From: Longimicrobiales bacterium
GTDB lineage: Bacteria; Gemmatimonadota; Gemmatimonadetes; Longimicrobiales; RSA9
Assembly: GCA_046483065.1 (NCBI GenBank)
Contig: JAWODW010000037.1
Span: forward strand, 71,308-135,307
Reading direction: 5' to 3'
DNA: 64,000 bases
Positions 43,142-53,533 of this stretch are shown here, piece after piece (within the stretch, counting starts at the first letter, position 1; every line of letters begins with the position of its first letter). The position numbers and the translations under genes are program-made. The notes under the pieces are model-generated. The model searched no databases and was not told the origin of the DNA. It saw only the letters and a list, made by a program, of their open reading frames with translations.

Positions 43142-44568
43142 GCGGCGGTCGAGGGGGCGAGGCGGTTCGTGCGGCGGAGGGCCCACCGGAGGGTCCGGCC
43201 GAGCCGGCGGGGCTGGGGAGCCGGATGGTGGCGTGGTGGCGTCGTCGTCGCGAGGAGCCCGGAGCCACGGACTGGGGGTCGGAGTGGAAACCGCTGGCGT
43301 GGATCGCCGGGGTCTTCCTGGTCTTCTACTTCCTGCCGGTGGGCAACGCCCGGTTCGACGGTGCGGTCACGGAGGCCCTGGCCCTCACGCAGTGGTACGC
43401 GCAGGAGCACGTGCTGCTCTGCCTGATCCCGGCCTTCTTCATCGCCGGCGCCATCTCGGTCTTCCTGAGCGAGCAGGCGGTGCTGAAGTACCTGGGGCCC
43501 CGGGCGCCGAAGCCCATGGCGTACGGCGTGGCGTCGGTCTCCGGGACGCTGCTGGCGGTCTGCTCGTGCACGGTGCTACCGCTCTTCGGCGGGATCTACG
43601 CCAACGGCGCCGGCCTGGGCCCCGCGTCGGCGTTCCTGTACTCGGGCCCGGCCATCAACGTGCTGGCCATCGTGCTCACGGCCAACGTACTGGGTCTCGA
43701 GCTCGGCGTGGCGCGGGCGGTGGGGGCCATTGTGTTCGCGCTGGTGGTCGGGCTCCTGATGCACCTCATCTTCCGGCGCTCCGAGATGGAGCGGTCGGAC
43801 AACTGGATGGTGGGTCCCGAGCCGGAGGAAACCAGCCGACCTCTCTGGCAGACGGCCACGTTCTTCGGCGCCATGGTGGCCGTGCTGGTCTTCGCCAACT
43901 GGGGCCGGCCGGACGCCGCGGAGGGTTTCTGGTACGGCGTCTACGCGGCCAAGTGGAAGCTGACGGCCGCGGCGGCCGCCGTGATGGCCGTGGCGCTGGT
44001 CCGGTGGATCGGGATGAGCGTGTGGGAGGTCGGGGCGACGGCGGTCGTCACGGCGGGCCTGGCAGTCCTCTTCCCCCAGGAGCCGCTGATCCCGTTCGCC
44101 GCGGCCACCGTCGGACTGTCGCTTGCCGCCAGCACGAGCGGCGGTGAGGCGGGGGAGTGGTTCAACGCGTCGTGGGGGTTCGCCAAGCAGATCTTCCCGC
44201 TCCTCTTCATCGGGATCCTTGCCGCGGGGCTGCTCCTGGGGCGGCCCGGCCATGAGGGGCTGATCCCGTCGGCGTGGGTGGCGGAGGCCGTGGGCGGCAA
44301 CTCGCTGGGCGCGAACCTGTTCGCGTCGGTGGCGGGCGCGTTCATGTACTTCGCCACGCTCACCGAGGTGCCGATCCTCCAGGGGCTCATGGGCTCCGGG
44401 ATGGGCGACGGCCCGGCGCTCACGCTCCTGCTGGCGGGCCCCGCCGTCTCGCTCCCGAGCATCCTGGTGATCCGGAGCTTCATGGGCACGAAGAAGACGG
44501 CGGTCTTCCTGGCGCTCACGGTGGTAATGGCCACCACGGCCGGGATGATCTACGGCGCGATCACATGA
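43138..44568 (+). CDS. permease of the YraQ/ArsP-like family (PF03773-type)
   Basis: Polytopic, with a CSC motif (LLAVCSCTVLPLF). ATGA-type overlap with arsR. The exact start is uncertain because the N-terminal 30 aa are non-membrane. Confidence 0.7.
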   Translation: MSGGRGGEAVRAAEGPPEGPAEPAGLGSRMVAWWRRRREEPGATDWGSEWKPLAWIAGVFLVFYFLPVGNARFDGAVTEALALTQWYAQEHVLLCLIPAFFIAGAISVFLSEQAVLKYLGPRAPKPMAYGVASVSGTLLAVCSCTVLPLFGGIYANGAGLGPASAFLYSGPAINVLAIVLTANVLGLELGVARAVGAIVFALVVGLLMHLIFRRSEMERSDNWMVGPEPEETSRPLWQTATFFGAMVAVLVFANWGRPDAAEGFWYGVYAAKWKLTAAAAAVMAVALVRWIGMSVWEVGATAVVTAGLAVLFPQEPLIPFAAATVGLSLAASTSGGEAGEWFNASWGFAKQIFPLLFIGILAAGLLLGRPGHEGLIPSAWVAEAVGGNSLGANLFASVAGAFMYFATLTEVPILQGLMGSGMGDGPALTLLLAGPAVSLPSILVIRSFMGTKKTAVFLALTVVMATTAGMIYGAIT

Positions 44569-44614
44569 TCATGGACGGCAGGAACTCGTGAACCGAACCT
44601 GAAGGGATGAGACC

Positions 44615-44860
44615 ATGCAGATCAAAGTGTACGGCCCCGGCTGCGCCAACTGCCGGAAGCTGGAGGAGAACGCGAGGGAGGCCGTCGAGAGCCTCGGCGT
44701 GACCGCCGAGATCGAGAAGGTCGAGGACATGAAAGGCATGGCCGCGGCCGGCGTGATGCGCACGCCCGCATTGAGTGTCAACGGGGAGCTGATCCTCCAC
44801 GGCAAGGTCGCGCCGCCCCGCTACATCGCGGATCGGCTGCGGGAGATCGCGGCGCCGTAA
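44615..44860 (+). CDS. small thioredoxin-family protein (redox-active disulfide protein 2 type)
   Basis: 81 aa, MQIKVYGPGCANCRKLEE with a CxxC. This protein typically partners the preceding permease family. Confidence 0.8.
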   Translation: MQIKVYGPGCANCRKLEENAREAVESLGVTAEIEKVEDMKGMAAAGVMRTPALSVNGELILHGKVAPPRYIADRLREIAAP

Positions 44861-44900
44861 CGAGGCCGGGCCGACAGGTACCGCCCCTCCCGGCCGGGGC

Positions 44901-46016
44901 CTACGGCTGCGGCTTCGCCCCCGCCGGCACCGCGCAGTTCGAGACCTCCTCGATCTCCGCCGCGCTGTCCGGGAAGTACTTCCGCTTCCACCACAGCGCC
45001 ACGTTCACCAGCCCGATGAGCACGGGCACCTCCACCAGCGGCCCGATGACGGCCGCGAACGCCGCGCCGTGGGCGATCCCGAACGTGCCCACCGCCACGG
45101 CAATCGCCAGCTCGAAGTTGTTCGACGCCGCCGTGAACGAGAGTGTGGCCGTCTGCGGGTACGTGGCCCCCACCGCCCGGCTCATGAAGAACGTGATGGC
45201 GAACATGGCCAGGAAGTAGATCAGGAGCGGGATCGCCACCAGCACCACCTGCGACGGCTGCTCGATGATCGCCTCGCCCTGGATCGAGAACATGACCACG
45301 ATGGTGAAGAGCAGCGCGATCAGCGTCAGCGGGCTGATCTTCGGGATGAACCGTTCGTGGTACCACGTCTTCCCCCTCGCCTTCACCAGCACGAACCGGG
45401 TCAGCATCCCCGCCAGGAACGGGATGCCCAGGTAGATGAACACGCTCTCGGCGATCTGGCCCATGGTGATGTCCACCACCGTCCCCTCGAGCCCCAGCCA
45501 CCCGGGCACAACGGTGATGAAGACCCAGGCGTACACCGAGTAGAACAGGACCTGGAAGATGGAGTTGAAGGCGACGAGCCCGGCGGCGTACTCGTTGTCG
45601 CCCTCCGCCAGCTCGTTCCAGACGATCACCATGGCAATGCACCGCGCCAGCCCGATGAGGATCAGCCCCACCATGAGCTCCGGGTGGTCCCGGAGGAAGA
45701 GGACCGCCAGCCCGAACATGAGCAGCGGGCCGATGACCCAGTTCTGGATCAGCGAGAGCCCCAGGACCTTCCAGTCCCGGAACACGTCGCCCAGCTCCTC
45801 GTAGCGCACCTTCGCCAGGGGCGGGTACATCATGAGGATCAGACCGATGGCGATGGGGATCGACGTGGTCCCCACGTGCGTCGCCTCGTTGATGGCCGTG
45901 ATCGGCTCCTGCCACAGGTAGCCCAGCCCCACACCCAACGCCATGGCCAGGAAGATCCACGCGGTCAGGTACCGGTCCAGGAACGACATCCGCCGCGCCA
46001 CACTCCGCTGTGTCAT
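44901..46016 (-). CDS. acr3: arsenite efflux transporter, ACR3 family
   Basis: ATG at 46016 ([22 protein letters not shown]) forms an ATGA overlap with the upstream stop. ACR3 pattern including [11 protein letters not shown]. Confidence 0.9.
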   Translation of the reverse strand: MTQRSVARRMSFLDRYLTAWIFLAMALGVGLGYLWQEPITAINEATHVGTTSIPIAIGLILMMYPPLAKVRYEELGDVFRDWKVLGLSLIQNWVIGPLLMFGLAVLFLRDHPELMVGLILIGLARCIAMVIVWNELAEGDNEYAAGLVAFNSIFQVLFYSVYAWVFITVVPGWLGLEGTVVDITMGQIAESVFIYLGIPFLAGMLTRFVLVKARGKTWYHERFIPKISPLTLIALLFTIVVMFSIQGEAIIEQPSQVVLVAIPLLIYFLAMFAITFFMSRAVGATYPQTATLSFTAASNNFELAIAVAVGTFGIAHGAAFAAVIGPLVEVPVLIGLVNVALWWKRKYFPDSAAEIEEVSNCAVPAGAKPQP

Positions 46017-46765
46017 TTCGGCATCCCGCCCGTCTCCAGGTACTCGGCGAAGTCGTCCGGCAGCTCGCTCTCCCGGATCGCGTCCGCCGCGCGCGCCAGG
46101 TCGTACTCCACCCGCACGAGCTCCACGTCCACCGCCCGGCCGTCCATCGTGACCACCACGTAGCCCGCCCGCCAGTCGCCGTCCTTCGGGCGGCCCACCG
46201 AGCCGGTGTTCACGAAGTGGATCCCGTCCACCGCACGGTGCCACGGCTTGTGGGTGTGCCCGAACGCCACCACGTCGCCGGCCTTCGCACCCAGCCGGTC
46301 CGCCATCTGGAGGCAGAACCCGTCCGACCGGTCTTCGGTCCAGTAGACCGTGTTCAGCACGGGGTTGCCGTGGACCAGGATCAGCCGCGGACCGGCGGTG
46401 TGCCCGCCCAGCGGCCGGATGTCGATCCGGAAAGGCAGCCCGCCCAGCCACGCCTTCGTCTCCGGCGACACGTTCGCCCGCGTCCACTCGTAGCTCAGGT
46501 GGCTCAGCTCCTCCTGGCGCGGGTCCTCGTACCGGCAGCCGCAGTGCTCGTAGCCGGTGGCCGTGGTCGAGTCGTAGTTCCCGGCCACGCCCGGGATGGC
46601 ACGGTCCCGGAGCACCTCGACCACCTCGTTCGGCCACGGCGCGTACCCCACCAGGTCGCCCAGGTGGTACACGCCGCCCGGGTGGCCGCGCCCGTCGATG
46701 TCCGCCAGCACCGCCTCCAGCGCCGGCAGGTTCCCGTGGATGTCGCTGATCAGCGCGTACTTCAT
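46013..46765 (-). CDS. metallophosphoesterase (calcineurin-like) embedded in the ars operon
   Basis: Motifs SDIHGN, LGDLVGY, GNYD, HGN, GHTH. Confidence 0.8.
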   Translation of the reverse strand: MKYALISDIHGNLPALEAVLADIDGRGHPGGVYHLGDLVGYAPWPNEVVEVLRDRAIPGVAGNYDSTTATGYEHCGCRYEDPRQEELSHLSYEWTRANVSPETKAWLGGLPFRIDIRPLGGHTAGPRLILVHGNPVLNTVYWTEDRSDGFCLQMADRLGAKAGDVVAFGHTHKPWHRAVDGIHFVNTGSVGRPKDGDWRAGYVVVTMDGRAVDVELVRVEYDLARAADAIRESELPDDFAEYLETGGMPK

Positions 46766-46790
46766 CCCGTCTCCTTCGGCGTGGCCCCGC

Positions 46791-47621
46791 TCACGCCGGC
46801 TTTCGCGCCCGCACGAACGCCGACATGAACCGGCCCTCCACCGCCTCGGCGAACGCCTCCACGTCCAGGCCCGCCTCCTCCAGGAAGCCCCGGGCGTCGT
46901 CCGGGCGGTAGATCCGGGTCGGCTCCAGACTCGGATCCTCGAAGCCCGCCTCCCGCAGCAGCGTCTCGAACTCCCGCTCCTCCAGCGCGCCGGCCACGCA
47001 GCCCACCCACAGCTCCATACTGCGACGCACCTCGTCCGGGACCTCGCCCCGCACCACGATGTCCGACACCGCGAACCGGCCGCCGGGCTTCAGCACACGG
47101 TACGCTTCCCGCAGCACCCGGCCCTTGTCCGCCGACAGGTTGATCACGCAGTTGCTGATGATCACGTCCACACTCGCGTCCGGGAGCGGGATGCTCTCGA
47201 TGTCACCCTTCAGGAACTCCACGTTCTCCGCGCCGGCCTCCGCCGCGTTCTTCCGCGCCAGATCCAGCATCTCGTCGGTCATGTCCAGACCGTACGCCTT
47301 CCCCGTCGGACCCACCCGCTTGGCGCTAAGCAGCACGTCGATCCCGCCGCCGCTGCCCAAGTCCAGCACCACCTCGCCTTCCCGCAGCTCCGCAAGCGCC
47401 GTCGGGTTCCCGCACCCCAGACTCGCCAGCACCGCCTGCTCCGGCACCGAGCTCGCCGTCACCCCGTCGTACAGGTCCCGCGTGATCGGGTCCGTGCGAC
47501 CGCCCTCCCCGTCTCCACACCCGCACGACGGGCCGCAACACCCGGTCTGCCCGTCCTGGACCACCCGCAGCGCCGCCTCACCGTATTTCTCCCGCACTAC
47601 TTTCTTCACGTCCGCGCTCAT
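46791..47621 (-). CDS. arsM: arsenite S-adenosylmethionine methyltransferase
   Basis: Cys-rich N-terminus (GCCGPSCGCG), LGCGNP, SAM motif VLDLGSGGGID, VISNCVINL, WVGCVAGAL. Confidence 0.9.
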   Translation of the reverse strand: MSADVKKVVREKYGEAALRVVQDGQTGCCGPSCGCGDGEGGRTDPITRDLYDGVTASSVPEQAVLASLGCGNPTALAELREGEVVLDLGSGGGIDVLLSAKRVGPTGKAYGLDMTDEMLDLARKNAAEAGAENVEFLKGDIESIPLPDASVDVIISNCVINLSADKGRVLREAYRVLKPGGRFAVSDIVVRGEVPDEVRRSMELWVGCVAGALEEREFETLLREAGFEDPSLEPTRIYRPDDARGFLEEAGLDVEAFAEAVEGRFMSAFVRARKPA

Positions 47622-47684
47622 CCTGCCGCCTCCTATATCAATCGATCTTGATGTCTGCTCGCAAAAAAGAACGGGGCCGCCACC

Positions 47685-48017
47685 TCAACCGCAGCAATCC
47701 TCGCCCTGCCGCATCACCGGCAGCCAGCCCTCCTCCGGCGCCACCTCGCCCAGGAACGCCCGCATCTCCTCCAACGCCTCCGGCACCAGCGAGTAGTAGA
47801 CCCACCGGCCGTCCCGCCGGTCCGAGACCACCCCCGCGTCCCTCAGCTTCTTCAGATGGAACGACAGCCGGGACTGGCCGGCGTCGAGCTCGGCCTGGAG
47901 CTCGCACACACACCGCTCGCCGTCGGCCAGGAGCCGCACGATGCTGAAGCGCGTCTCCTCGGCCACCGCCTGGAACCGCTGGAGCAGCGCCGGGTCTCGC
48001 AGTGTCTCGTTTCGCAT
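47685..48017 (-). CDS. arsR: ArsR-family metalloid-responsive repressor
   Basis: HTH with ERCVCELQAEL. C-terminal CC pair. Confidence 0.85.
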   Translation of the reverse strand: MRNETLRDPALLQRFQAVAEETRFSIVRLLADGERCVCELQAELDAGQSRLSFHLKKLRDAGVVSDRRDGRWVYYSLVPEALEEMRAFLGEVAPEEGWLPVMRQGEDCCG

Positions 48018-48189
48018 GGGCCGGAATATATCAATATCGATTGATGGGTCAAGGGGGCTGGCTCAGCGCCCCCGACCAGGTCAAAACATCGAGCCGGTCC
48101 GTGCGTCCCCGCTCAGGTTCCCTCGGCCTCCGACCCATCGTATCTTCCGGAGACGTGTCGCTCGGGGGGCGCAAGGAGTCGGTGCTTCG

Positions 48190-50049
48190 ATGCCGTGTGT
48201 GCGATGGCTGGTGGTACTCAGCGCGCTGGCGTGCGTCCCCTTTCCCCCTTCCCCTGCGGCGGGCCAGCGCCCGGCGGAGCTGAGCGGTCTGGAGCTCACG
48301 TACGAGCTGCAGTCGAGCTGGTTGGAGAGCGTGGCGGACTCCCGGCGCACCGCGGCGCTGGAGCTGCTGGCAGTCGCCGAGGCCGTGGTGGCGCAGCCGG
48401 ATTCCACCGGGTCATCGACGGTGGAGCTCCTGCCGGAGGCAGGACGCCTTGCCGACCGCGTCGCCATGCTGGACCGGGAACTCGAGGAGGCGCGCGAGGC
48501 CGTGGGGCAGACCCGGAGCGGCCTGATCCGGGCGCTGGAGGAATGGGCCGGGTCGCTCCGTGGCGCTGTGCGGGCGGCGCCCCCCGCCGAGCGATCGGAG
48601 CCGGCAGCCCGGTTGGCGGAGGTCGAAGCCGAGCTCCGCCGCCTCCGGGCCACGGATTCCGGCCCCGGGCGGGCCGACCCGCTCGAGGGCGCGGCCCCCA
48701 TCGCCGCCCTGACCGGCGTGGTCGACACAGAATACCGACGCGCGGTCACCCTGAACGCCATGCGGGAAGAGCTGCGCCTCTTCATGGCCGGGCTCCGGCT
48801 GTTCGACGAGACCGGCATGCCCCCGTCGGCGCGCGCCGGTGGGGGCGGCGAGACCGACCCGGGGTGTCCGCCGGTGGCGTGCCCCATCTCGGAGTCCGCC
48901 CCGGGCGATGTACCGCTGGACCACTTCCGCCCGGAAGGCCTTGCCGACGGGAGCGAACCGACGCTGACGCCGGCCTCGCTGGCCCGTCTCCGCGATCAGC
49001 TCGCCGCTCACATCGAGCGCCCCGGTGGGGCCGCGGACGGGGAGCACGGGATCGGGCGAGCGCCCCCGGGAGACCGGATCGCGCCGGTGGCCCGGGAAGC
49101 CGTGCTCGACGCCGGGCTCACGGGCTTCCGGGCGGACCAGGCCGCGGCTTCAGCTGTGGTGATGAAGGCAGCCGTCTCGTCCGTCCATGCCCTTCCCCTG
49201 GGTGCGGGCCTTCAGCTCATGGTGGAGCCGGCGGCGGGGGCACGGGGGTTCCGACTCGGCGGCGGCACCTTCGGCGAGGCGGCGGGCGAGGTGCGGGAGA
49301 CGCTCTCGGGGGTGGGCTCGGATCGGTTCCCCTGGCAGGTAATGGCGTGGCAGAAGGGCCGGTTCCTCTCGGAGCCACTGACCCCTCCCGGCTACCTGGA
49401 GCCGGGCCGGGTGGAGGGCGGCCTGACGGGTCGCCTGAGCGTCCCGGTCCGCTCCCGCTGGGCGTTCGAGGTCAGCGGCGGAGGCGATGCGGTGCGGTAC
49501 GCCCCCGCCGACTGGGAGGCGCTCGACCGCCACGGCCTCACCGCGGCCCTCGGCCTCGCCTGGCGCCGGGCGACGCGCTCGACCCGGCTCTCGCTCCGGA
49601 GCTCCCATCACGTCTTCCCGCACCCCCGGCCCGGAGGGGACAGGCGGGCGGACACGCGCATCGACGCGGGTATCGAAGGGACGCTGGAGCGGACCTTCGT
49701 CGCCGGCGTTTCCGCCGGGTGGTCGTGGAGCCGGTCCACCCTCCCGGCCTACGACTTCCACTCCGCGCGGGCGGCGCTGGTCCTGTCCGCGCCGTGGGGC
49801 CGGGGCTCCGTGCAGGCGTACGGCGCCCTGGCCACACAGCGCTACCTCAACCCGGGGCCGGAAGAGCTGCGGGTCGCGCCGTCGGACCGCGACTCCGGAT
49901 CCATGGTGTCGCTCCGGTACGCCCGTCCCCTGGATGCGCACCGCACCCTGGTCCTCCGCGGCGCGTGGTCCCGGAGCGTGACGGGATTCCACGACGAGTT
50001 CTACCACCGGTTCGGGACCAGCCTCCAGCTGACCTTCCGGGGCCGGTAG
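48190..50049 (+). CDS. hypothetical secreted protein (coiled-coil N-terminal half, beta-rich C-terminal half)
   Basis: ATG at 48190 gives a signal peptide (MPCVRWLVVLSALACVPFPPSPAAG). The upstream part of track ORF 47941.. overlaps arsR antisense. Confidence 0.55.
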   Translation: MPCVRWLVVLSALACVPFPPSPAAGQRPAELSGLELTYELQSSWLESVADSRRTAALELLAVAEAVVAQPDSTGSSTVELLPEAGRLADRVAMLDRELEEAREAVGQTRSGLIRALEEWAGSLRGAVRAAPPAERSEPAARLAEVEAELRRLRATDSGPGRADPLEGAAPIAALTGVVDTEYRRAVTLNAMREELRLFMAGLRLFDETGMPPSARAGGGGETDPGCPPVACPISESAPGDVPLDHFRPEGLADGSEPTLTPASLARLRDQLAAHIERPGGAADGEHGIGRAPPGDRIAPVAREAVLDAGLTGFRADQAAASAVVMKAAVSSVHALPLGAGLQLMVEPAAGARGFRLGGGTFGEAAGEVRETLSGVGSDRFPWQVMAWQKGRFLSEPLTPPGYLEPGRVEGGLTGRLSVPVRSRWAFEVSGGGDAVRYAPADWEALDRHGLTAALGLAWRRATRSTRLSLRSSHHVFPHPRPGGDRRADTRIDAGIEGTLERTFVAGVSAGWSWSRSTLPAYDFHSARAALVLSAPWGRGSVQAYGALATQRYLNPGPEELRVAPSDRDSGSMVSLRYARPLDAHRTLVLRGAWSRSVTGFHDEFYHRFGTSLQLTFRGR

Positions 50050-50098
50050 AGTCTCGGGCGGCAGAGCGTCAGGCGACAGGGTCCCGCGAGCGAGGCTC

Positions 50099-50656
50099 CT
50101 AGCCCCCGGCGCGGGCCAGCCAGTCGTCGTAGGCGGCCGCACCGTGGTCGATCACCTCCTGGGCGCCCTCCCTCGAGACCGTGCTCCCTTCATCATCGAT
50201 GATGACGAGCGTCGGGATCCACTCGACGTCGTACCGGTTGAGCAGCGCGCTGCTGTGGCTGCCCCGCCAGGGTACCGCCAGCCACGACATGCCCGCCTCC
50301 GCCATATACGAGAGCATGGACGCCTCGCCGGGGTCCAGGCTCACGTAGACCACCTCGAACGAGCGCCCCTCCTCCTCGAGCTGGCCGTATGCATCGACCA
50401 GCATCGGCGTGAAGCTCGCGCACGCCGGGCACTGAGAGGAGCCGAAGTAGATCCCGATGAGCGCCGCACCCTCGACCGCCTCGATCCCCTCCACGCTCCC
50501 ATCCGCCCGGAGCAGCGTGTCGCCGAAGAGTTCCAGCAGGGAAGCCGGCGACGACTCCGTGGGTGAGTCGTCGCGGCACCCCGCAGCCAGCCCGGAGCAC
50601 AGCCCCGTCGCCACGAGCATGGTCATGATCGAGGCCCGGACACCCGTTCGTTGCAT
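50099..50656 (-). CDS. thioredoxin-fold (nucleoredoxin/TlpA-like) lipoprotein
   Basis: Lipobox LAAGC. CxxC in IYFGSSQCPACASFTP. Pattern WLAVPW .. IPTLVIID. Confidence 0.7.
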   Translation of the reverse strand: MQRTGVRASIMTMLVATGLCSGLAAGCRDDSPTESSPASLLELFGDTLLRADGSVEGIEAVEGAALIGIYFGSSQCPACASFTPMLVDAYGQLEEEGRSFEVVYVSLDPGEASMLSYMAEAGMSWLAVPWRGSHSSALLNRYDVEWIPTLVIIDDEGSTVSREGAQEVIDHGAAAYDDWLARAGG

Positions 50657-50710
50657 ACCGTCAAAGGTCGACCGCAGGGGACCATCGGGCAAGCCGACGG
50701 CACCGGCACG

Positions 50711-51367
50711 TCAGCCGATGCGAGCCGCCTGGCCAAGACTCTCGTCGGTCCCCGCCACCAGGAGCGTATCCGACTCCTTGAGGGGCGCGTCGGGGTCGGG
50801 CACGGGCTGGATCTGGTCGGCGAGCATGTCGTGGACCGCCACGACCGAGATGCCGTGGCGCTTCGGGAGCTGGAGATCCCGGAGCGACTTGCCCACCCAG
50901 TCCTCCGGAACGGCCATCTCCTGGAGGCTGAACCCCGAGCCCAGGGGGACGTAGTTGAGGAGGAGCTGGCTGGAGATCCGCTTGCCGAGCCGGGTGCCGG
51001 ACTCCCGCTCCGGGAAGATGGTCTCGGTGACTCCGATCTTCTCGATGAGCCGGGCGTGGTCGCTGGAGATCACCTTCACGTAGAGCTCTTCCACGCCCAG
51101 GTCCCGGAGCATCAGCGCCGTCATGGCGCTGGCGGTGATCTCGTCGCCGGTGCTGATCACGGCCGCGTCGGCGTCCTCCGCCCCGACCCGCCGCAGCGTG
51201 CGGACATCCGTCCCGTCCCCGACCGCGGCCTTGGTGGCGATCCGACTCATGGCGTCGACCCGGTCGGGGTCCTGATCCAGCGCCGCCACGTCGTGGCCGA
51301 TGGAGTGGAGGGTCTCGGCCACGCTCGCGCCGAAGTTGCCGAGCCCGATCACGATAAACCGTTTCAT
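50711..51367 (-). CDS. trkA: Trk/Ktr potassium uptake system NAD-binding subunit
   Basis: GLGNFG Rossmann motif plus an RCK_C domain. Confidence 0.85.
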   Translation of the reverse strand: MKRFIVIGLGNFGASVAETLHSIGHDVAALDQDPDRVDAMSRIATKAAVGDGTDVRTLRRVGAEDADAAVISTGDEITASAMTALMLRDLGVEELYVKVISSDHARLIEKIGVTETIFPERESGTRLGKRISSQLLLNYVPLGSGFSLQEMAVPEDWVGKSLRDLQLPKRHGISVVAVHDMLADQIQPVPDPDAPLKESDTLLVAGTDESLGQAARIG

Positions 51368-51371
51368 AGCA

Positions 51372-52778
51372 TCACCCGATAATCACGTCTTCGTAGGCGT
51401 AACGGAACTCGCCGGTGGCACTGGGCCGCCGGAGAGCAATGGCTGCGGCAAAGCTGAGCGGCCCCACGCGTCCCACGTACATGAGGAATACGGTGACCAG
51501 GCGGCTCGCTCCGGACAGGTCTCCGGTCACCCCCATGGAGAGCCCCACCGTGTTGAAGGCGCTCACGCCCTCGAACATATACTGGATGAAGCTCCCGCCC
51601 GCCTCGCCGTGGCCGACGGCTCCGATCTGGAGCACGGCGTACAGCAGGATCCCGCTCGTCACGATGGCGAACGCCACCACGAACAGGCCGACGGCCCGCT
51701 GGATGGTCTCCTCCGGGATGGTCCGGTTCCCGACGCTCGTTACCTGCCGGCCCCTCAGACGGGACAGGGCCAGCAGTCCGATCAAGGCGAACGTGGTGGT
51801 CTTGATCCCGCCCGCCGTGGAGCCCGGCGACCCCCCCACCGACATGAGGAGGATGGTGATGAAGTTGCTGCTGTCGGCGGTGGCCGCGTAGTCCACCGTA
51901 TTGAACCCCGCGGTCCGCGCGGTAACGCTCATGAACAGGCCGTTCATCAGCTTCTGCCATACGGCCATGTCCCCCAGCGTGTTGGTCCACTCCAGGGCGC
52001 TGAACATGAGCCAGCCGCCCAGCAGAAGCACCGCCGTGGTGGCCAGCGCCAGCTTGCTGTGGAGCGACAGGGTGACCCTCCGCCCCTCCATGCGACGCCG
52101 GCGGAAGAGGTTCACCTCCTCCAGCACCAGGAACCCCAGGCCCCCCAGCACGATGAGAACCATAACCACGCCCTGGACCACCGGCGCGCCCTGGAACCCC
52201 AGGAGGGAGTCGGAGAACGTGGAGAAGCCGGCGTTGCAGAACGCGCTGATGGCCTGGAAGACGGCGTGCCACGTGGCCGTGGCGGTGGGGAACCGGGGCG
52301 CGAACGCCAGGAAGAGCACGATCGCGCCGATGGCCTCGAACACGAACGTGAACACCACGATCGTGCGCACCAGGTGCCGGAAATCGATGTCGGGGGACAC
52401 GTCGGTGTGGGTGGCCGTAACGGCCTCGTGATGGAGAGACAGCCGGCCGCCTACGGCGAGGATCAGCAGCGTCGTGAAGGTCAGGATCCCCAGCCCGCCC
52501 AGCTGGATGAGCAGGAGCAGGAACGCCTGGCCCCACAGCGTGAAGTACGTGGCCGTGTCCACCACGATCAGCCCCGTCACACAGACCGCGCTGGTGGCCG
52601 TGAACAGGGCATCGATCCAGCCGAGGCCCTCCCCCGTGTAGAGGCCGGGAAGGAGCTTCAGCCCCAGCGTGCCGAACGCGATGAGCGTCAGGAACGAGCC
52701 CAGGAGCAGCCGCGAAGGCGTCAGGACCCGGCGGACCGCAGCCCGGCGAGATGTCGAATTACCGCGGTCCATGGTCAC
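51372..52778 (-). CDS. trkH: Trk/Ktr potassium uptake system membrane subunit
   Basis: 468 aa polytopic with repeated pore-loop motifs (CVTGL, NAGFS, RTAGFN, SPGSTAGGIKT). Confidence 0.85.
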   Translation of the reverse strand: MTMDRGNSTSRRAAVRRVLTPSRLLLGSFLTLIAFGTLGLKLLPGLYTGEGLGWIDALFTATSAVCVTGLIVVDTATYFTLWGQAFLLLLIQLGGLGILTFTTLLILAVGGRLSLHHEAVTATHTDVSPDIDFRHLVRTIVVFTFVFEAIGAIVLFLAFAPRFPTATATWHAVFQAISAFCNAGFSTFSDSLLGFQGAPVVQGVVMVLIVLGGLGFLVLEEVNLFRRRRMEGRRVTLSLHSKLALATTAVLLLGGWLMFSALEWTNTLGDMAVWQKLMNGLFMSVTARTAGFNTVDYAATADSSNFITILLMSVGGSPGSTAGGIKTTTFALIGLLALSRLRGRQVTSVGNRTIPEETIQRAVGLFVVAFAIVTSGILLYAVLQIGAVGHGEAGGSFIQYMFEGVSAFNTVGLSMGVTGDLSGASRLVTVFLMYVGRVGPLSFAAAIALRRPSATGEFRYAYEDVIIG

Positions 52779-52817
52779 GATGCCTGCACACGTGCAGCGC
52801 GAGGATCCCCGGGAAGG

Positions 52818-52949
52818 TCACGTCCACAGATACAGCAGCACGCCAAGCGCGGCAAGGACCAGAACAGCCGCGAGAACCGTCCACGTCATGCGGCGTGCGG
52901 CCACCTGCCTCCGCCTCTCCTCGCTATCCGGTAGAGGGCGCTGGGGCAT
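52818..52949 (-). CDS. possible small single-TM protein (43 aa)
   Basis: The ATG lies 1 nt after the upstream TAA (TAAcATG). MPQRPLPDSEERRRQVAARRMTWTVLAAVLVLAALGVLLYLWT. Confidence 0.35.
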   Translation of the reverse strand: MPQRPLPDSEERRRQVAARRMTWTVLAAVLVLAALGVLLYLWT

Positions 52950-52950
52950 G

Positions 52951-53364
52951 TTATGATCCCTTCCCCGCCGCCGACCATTCCAGCGCGGCACGACACACGA
53001 GTTCGGGCAGCGATCGAGATTCCAGGCGCAGCCCCCGGACCTCGATGACCCAGGTCCCGTCCGGGTCCCGGAAGAGCACGGCCTTCCCGTCCACGAACAG
53101 CCCTGCCGACTCCGCCGCCGCCATCGCCGGATCCATGCGGGCCGAGTAGCGTGGGACCCTCGCCAGCGGCTGCTCGTGAAGAGGCCGGTCTTCACCTACC
53201 TCCCTGTGGAGGTTCGACGTGATCTCCCTGGAACGGGCCAGGAAACGCCCCGGCTCGTACAGGGGCCCCTCCACCGGAACGGACCACTCCACCCAGCGGA
53301 ACCCCATCAGCCGGGTGGCCACTTCCGTATCGAGCCGCTCCTGGGCCGGCGTCCGCTGCGGCAT
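52951..53364 (-). CDS. hypothetical protein (resembles phage ABA-sandwich-type small proteins)
   Basis: ATG at 53364. LDTEVATRLMGFRWVEW ... SLPELVCRAALEW. The assignment is from memory only. Confidence 0.45.
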   Translation of the reverse strand: MPQRTPAQERLDTEVATRLMGFRWVEWSVPVEGPLYEPGRFLARSREITSNLHREVGEDRPLHEQPLARVPRYSARMDPAMAAAESAGLFVDGKAVLFRDPDGTWVIEVRGLRLESRSLPELVCRAALEWSAAGKGS

Positions 53365-53533
53365 AGTGCTGCCCCCGGGTCCGGAATCGCGTCCAGTTCG
53401 ACCGTGCGTATGCGTATGCATCTCGCGTTCAACGTGGCGAAAAGGCCGTTAAGGGCGCACAAAGGGCCCGGGCCGGACCGTTAAGAAGTCACAAAGAGTT
53501 CAACGCCGCCGCTCCGCTGAGGCGATCCCCCGC

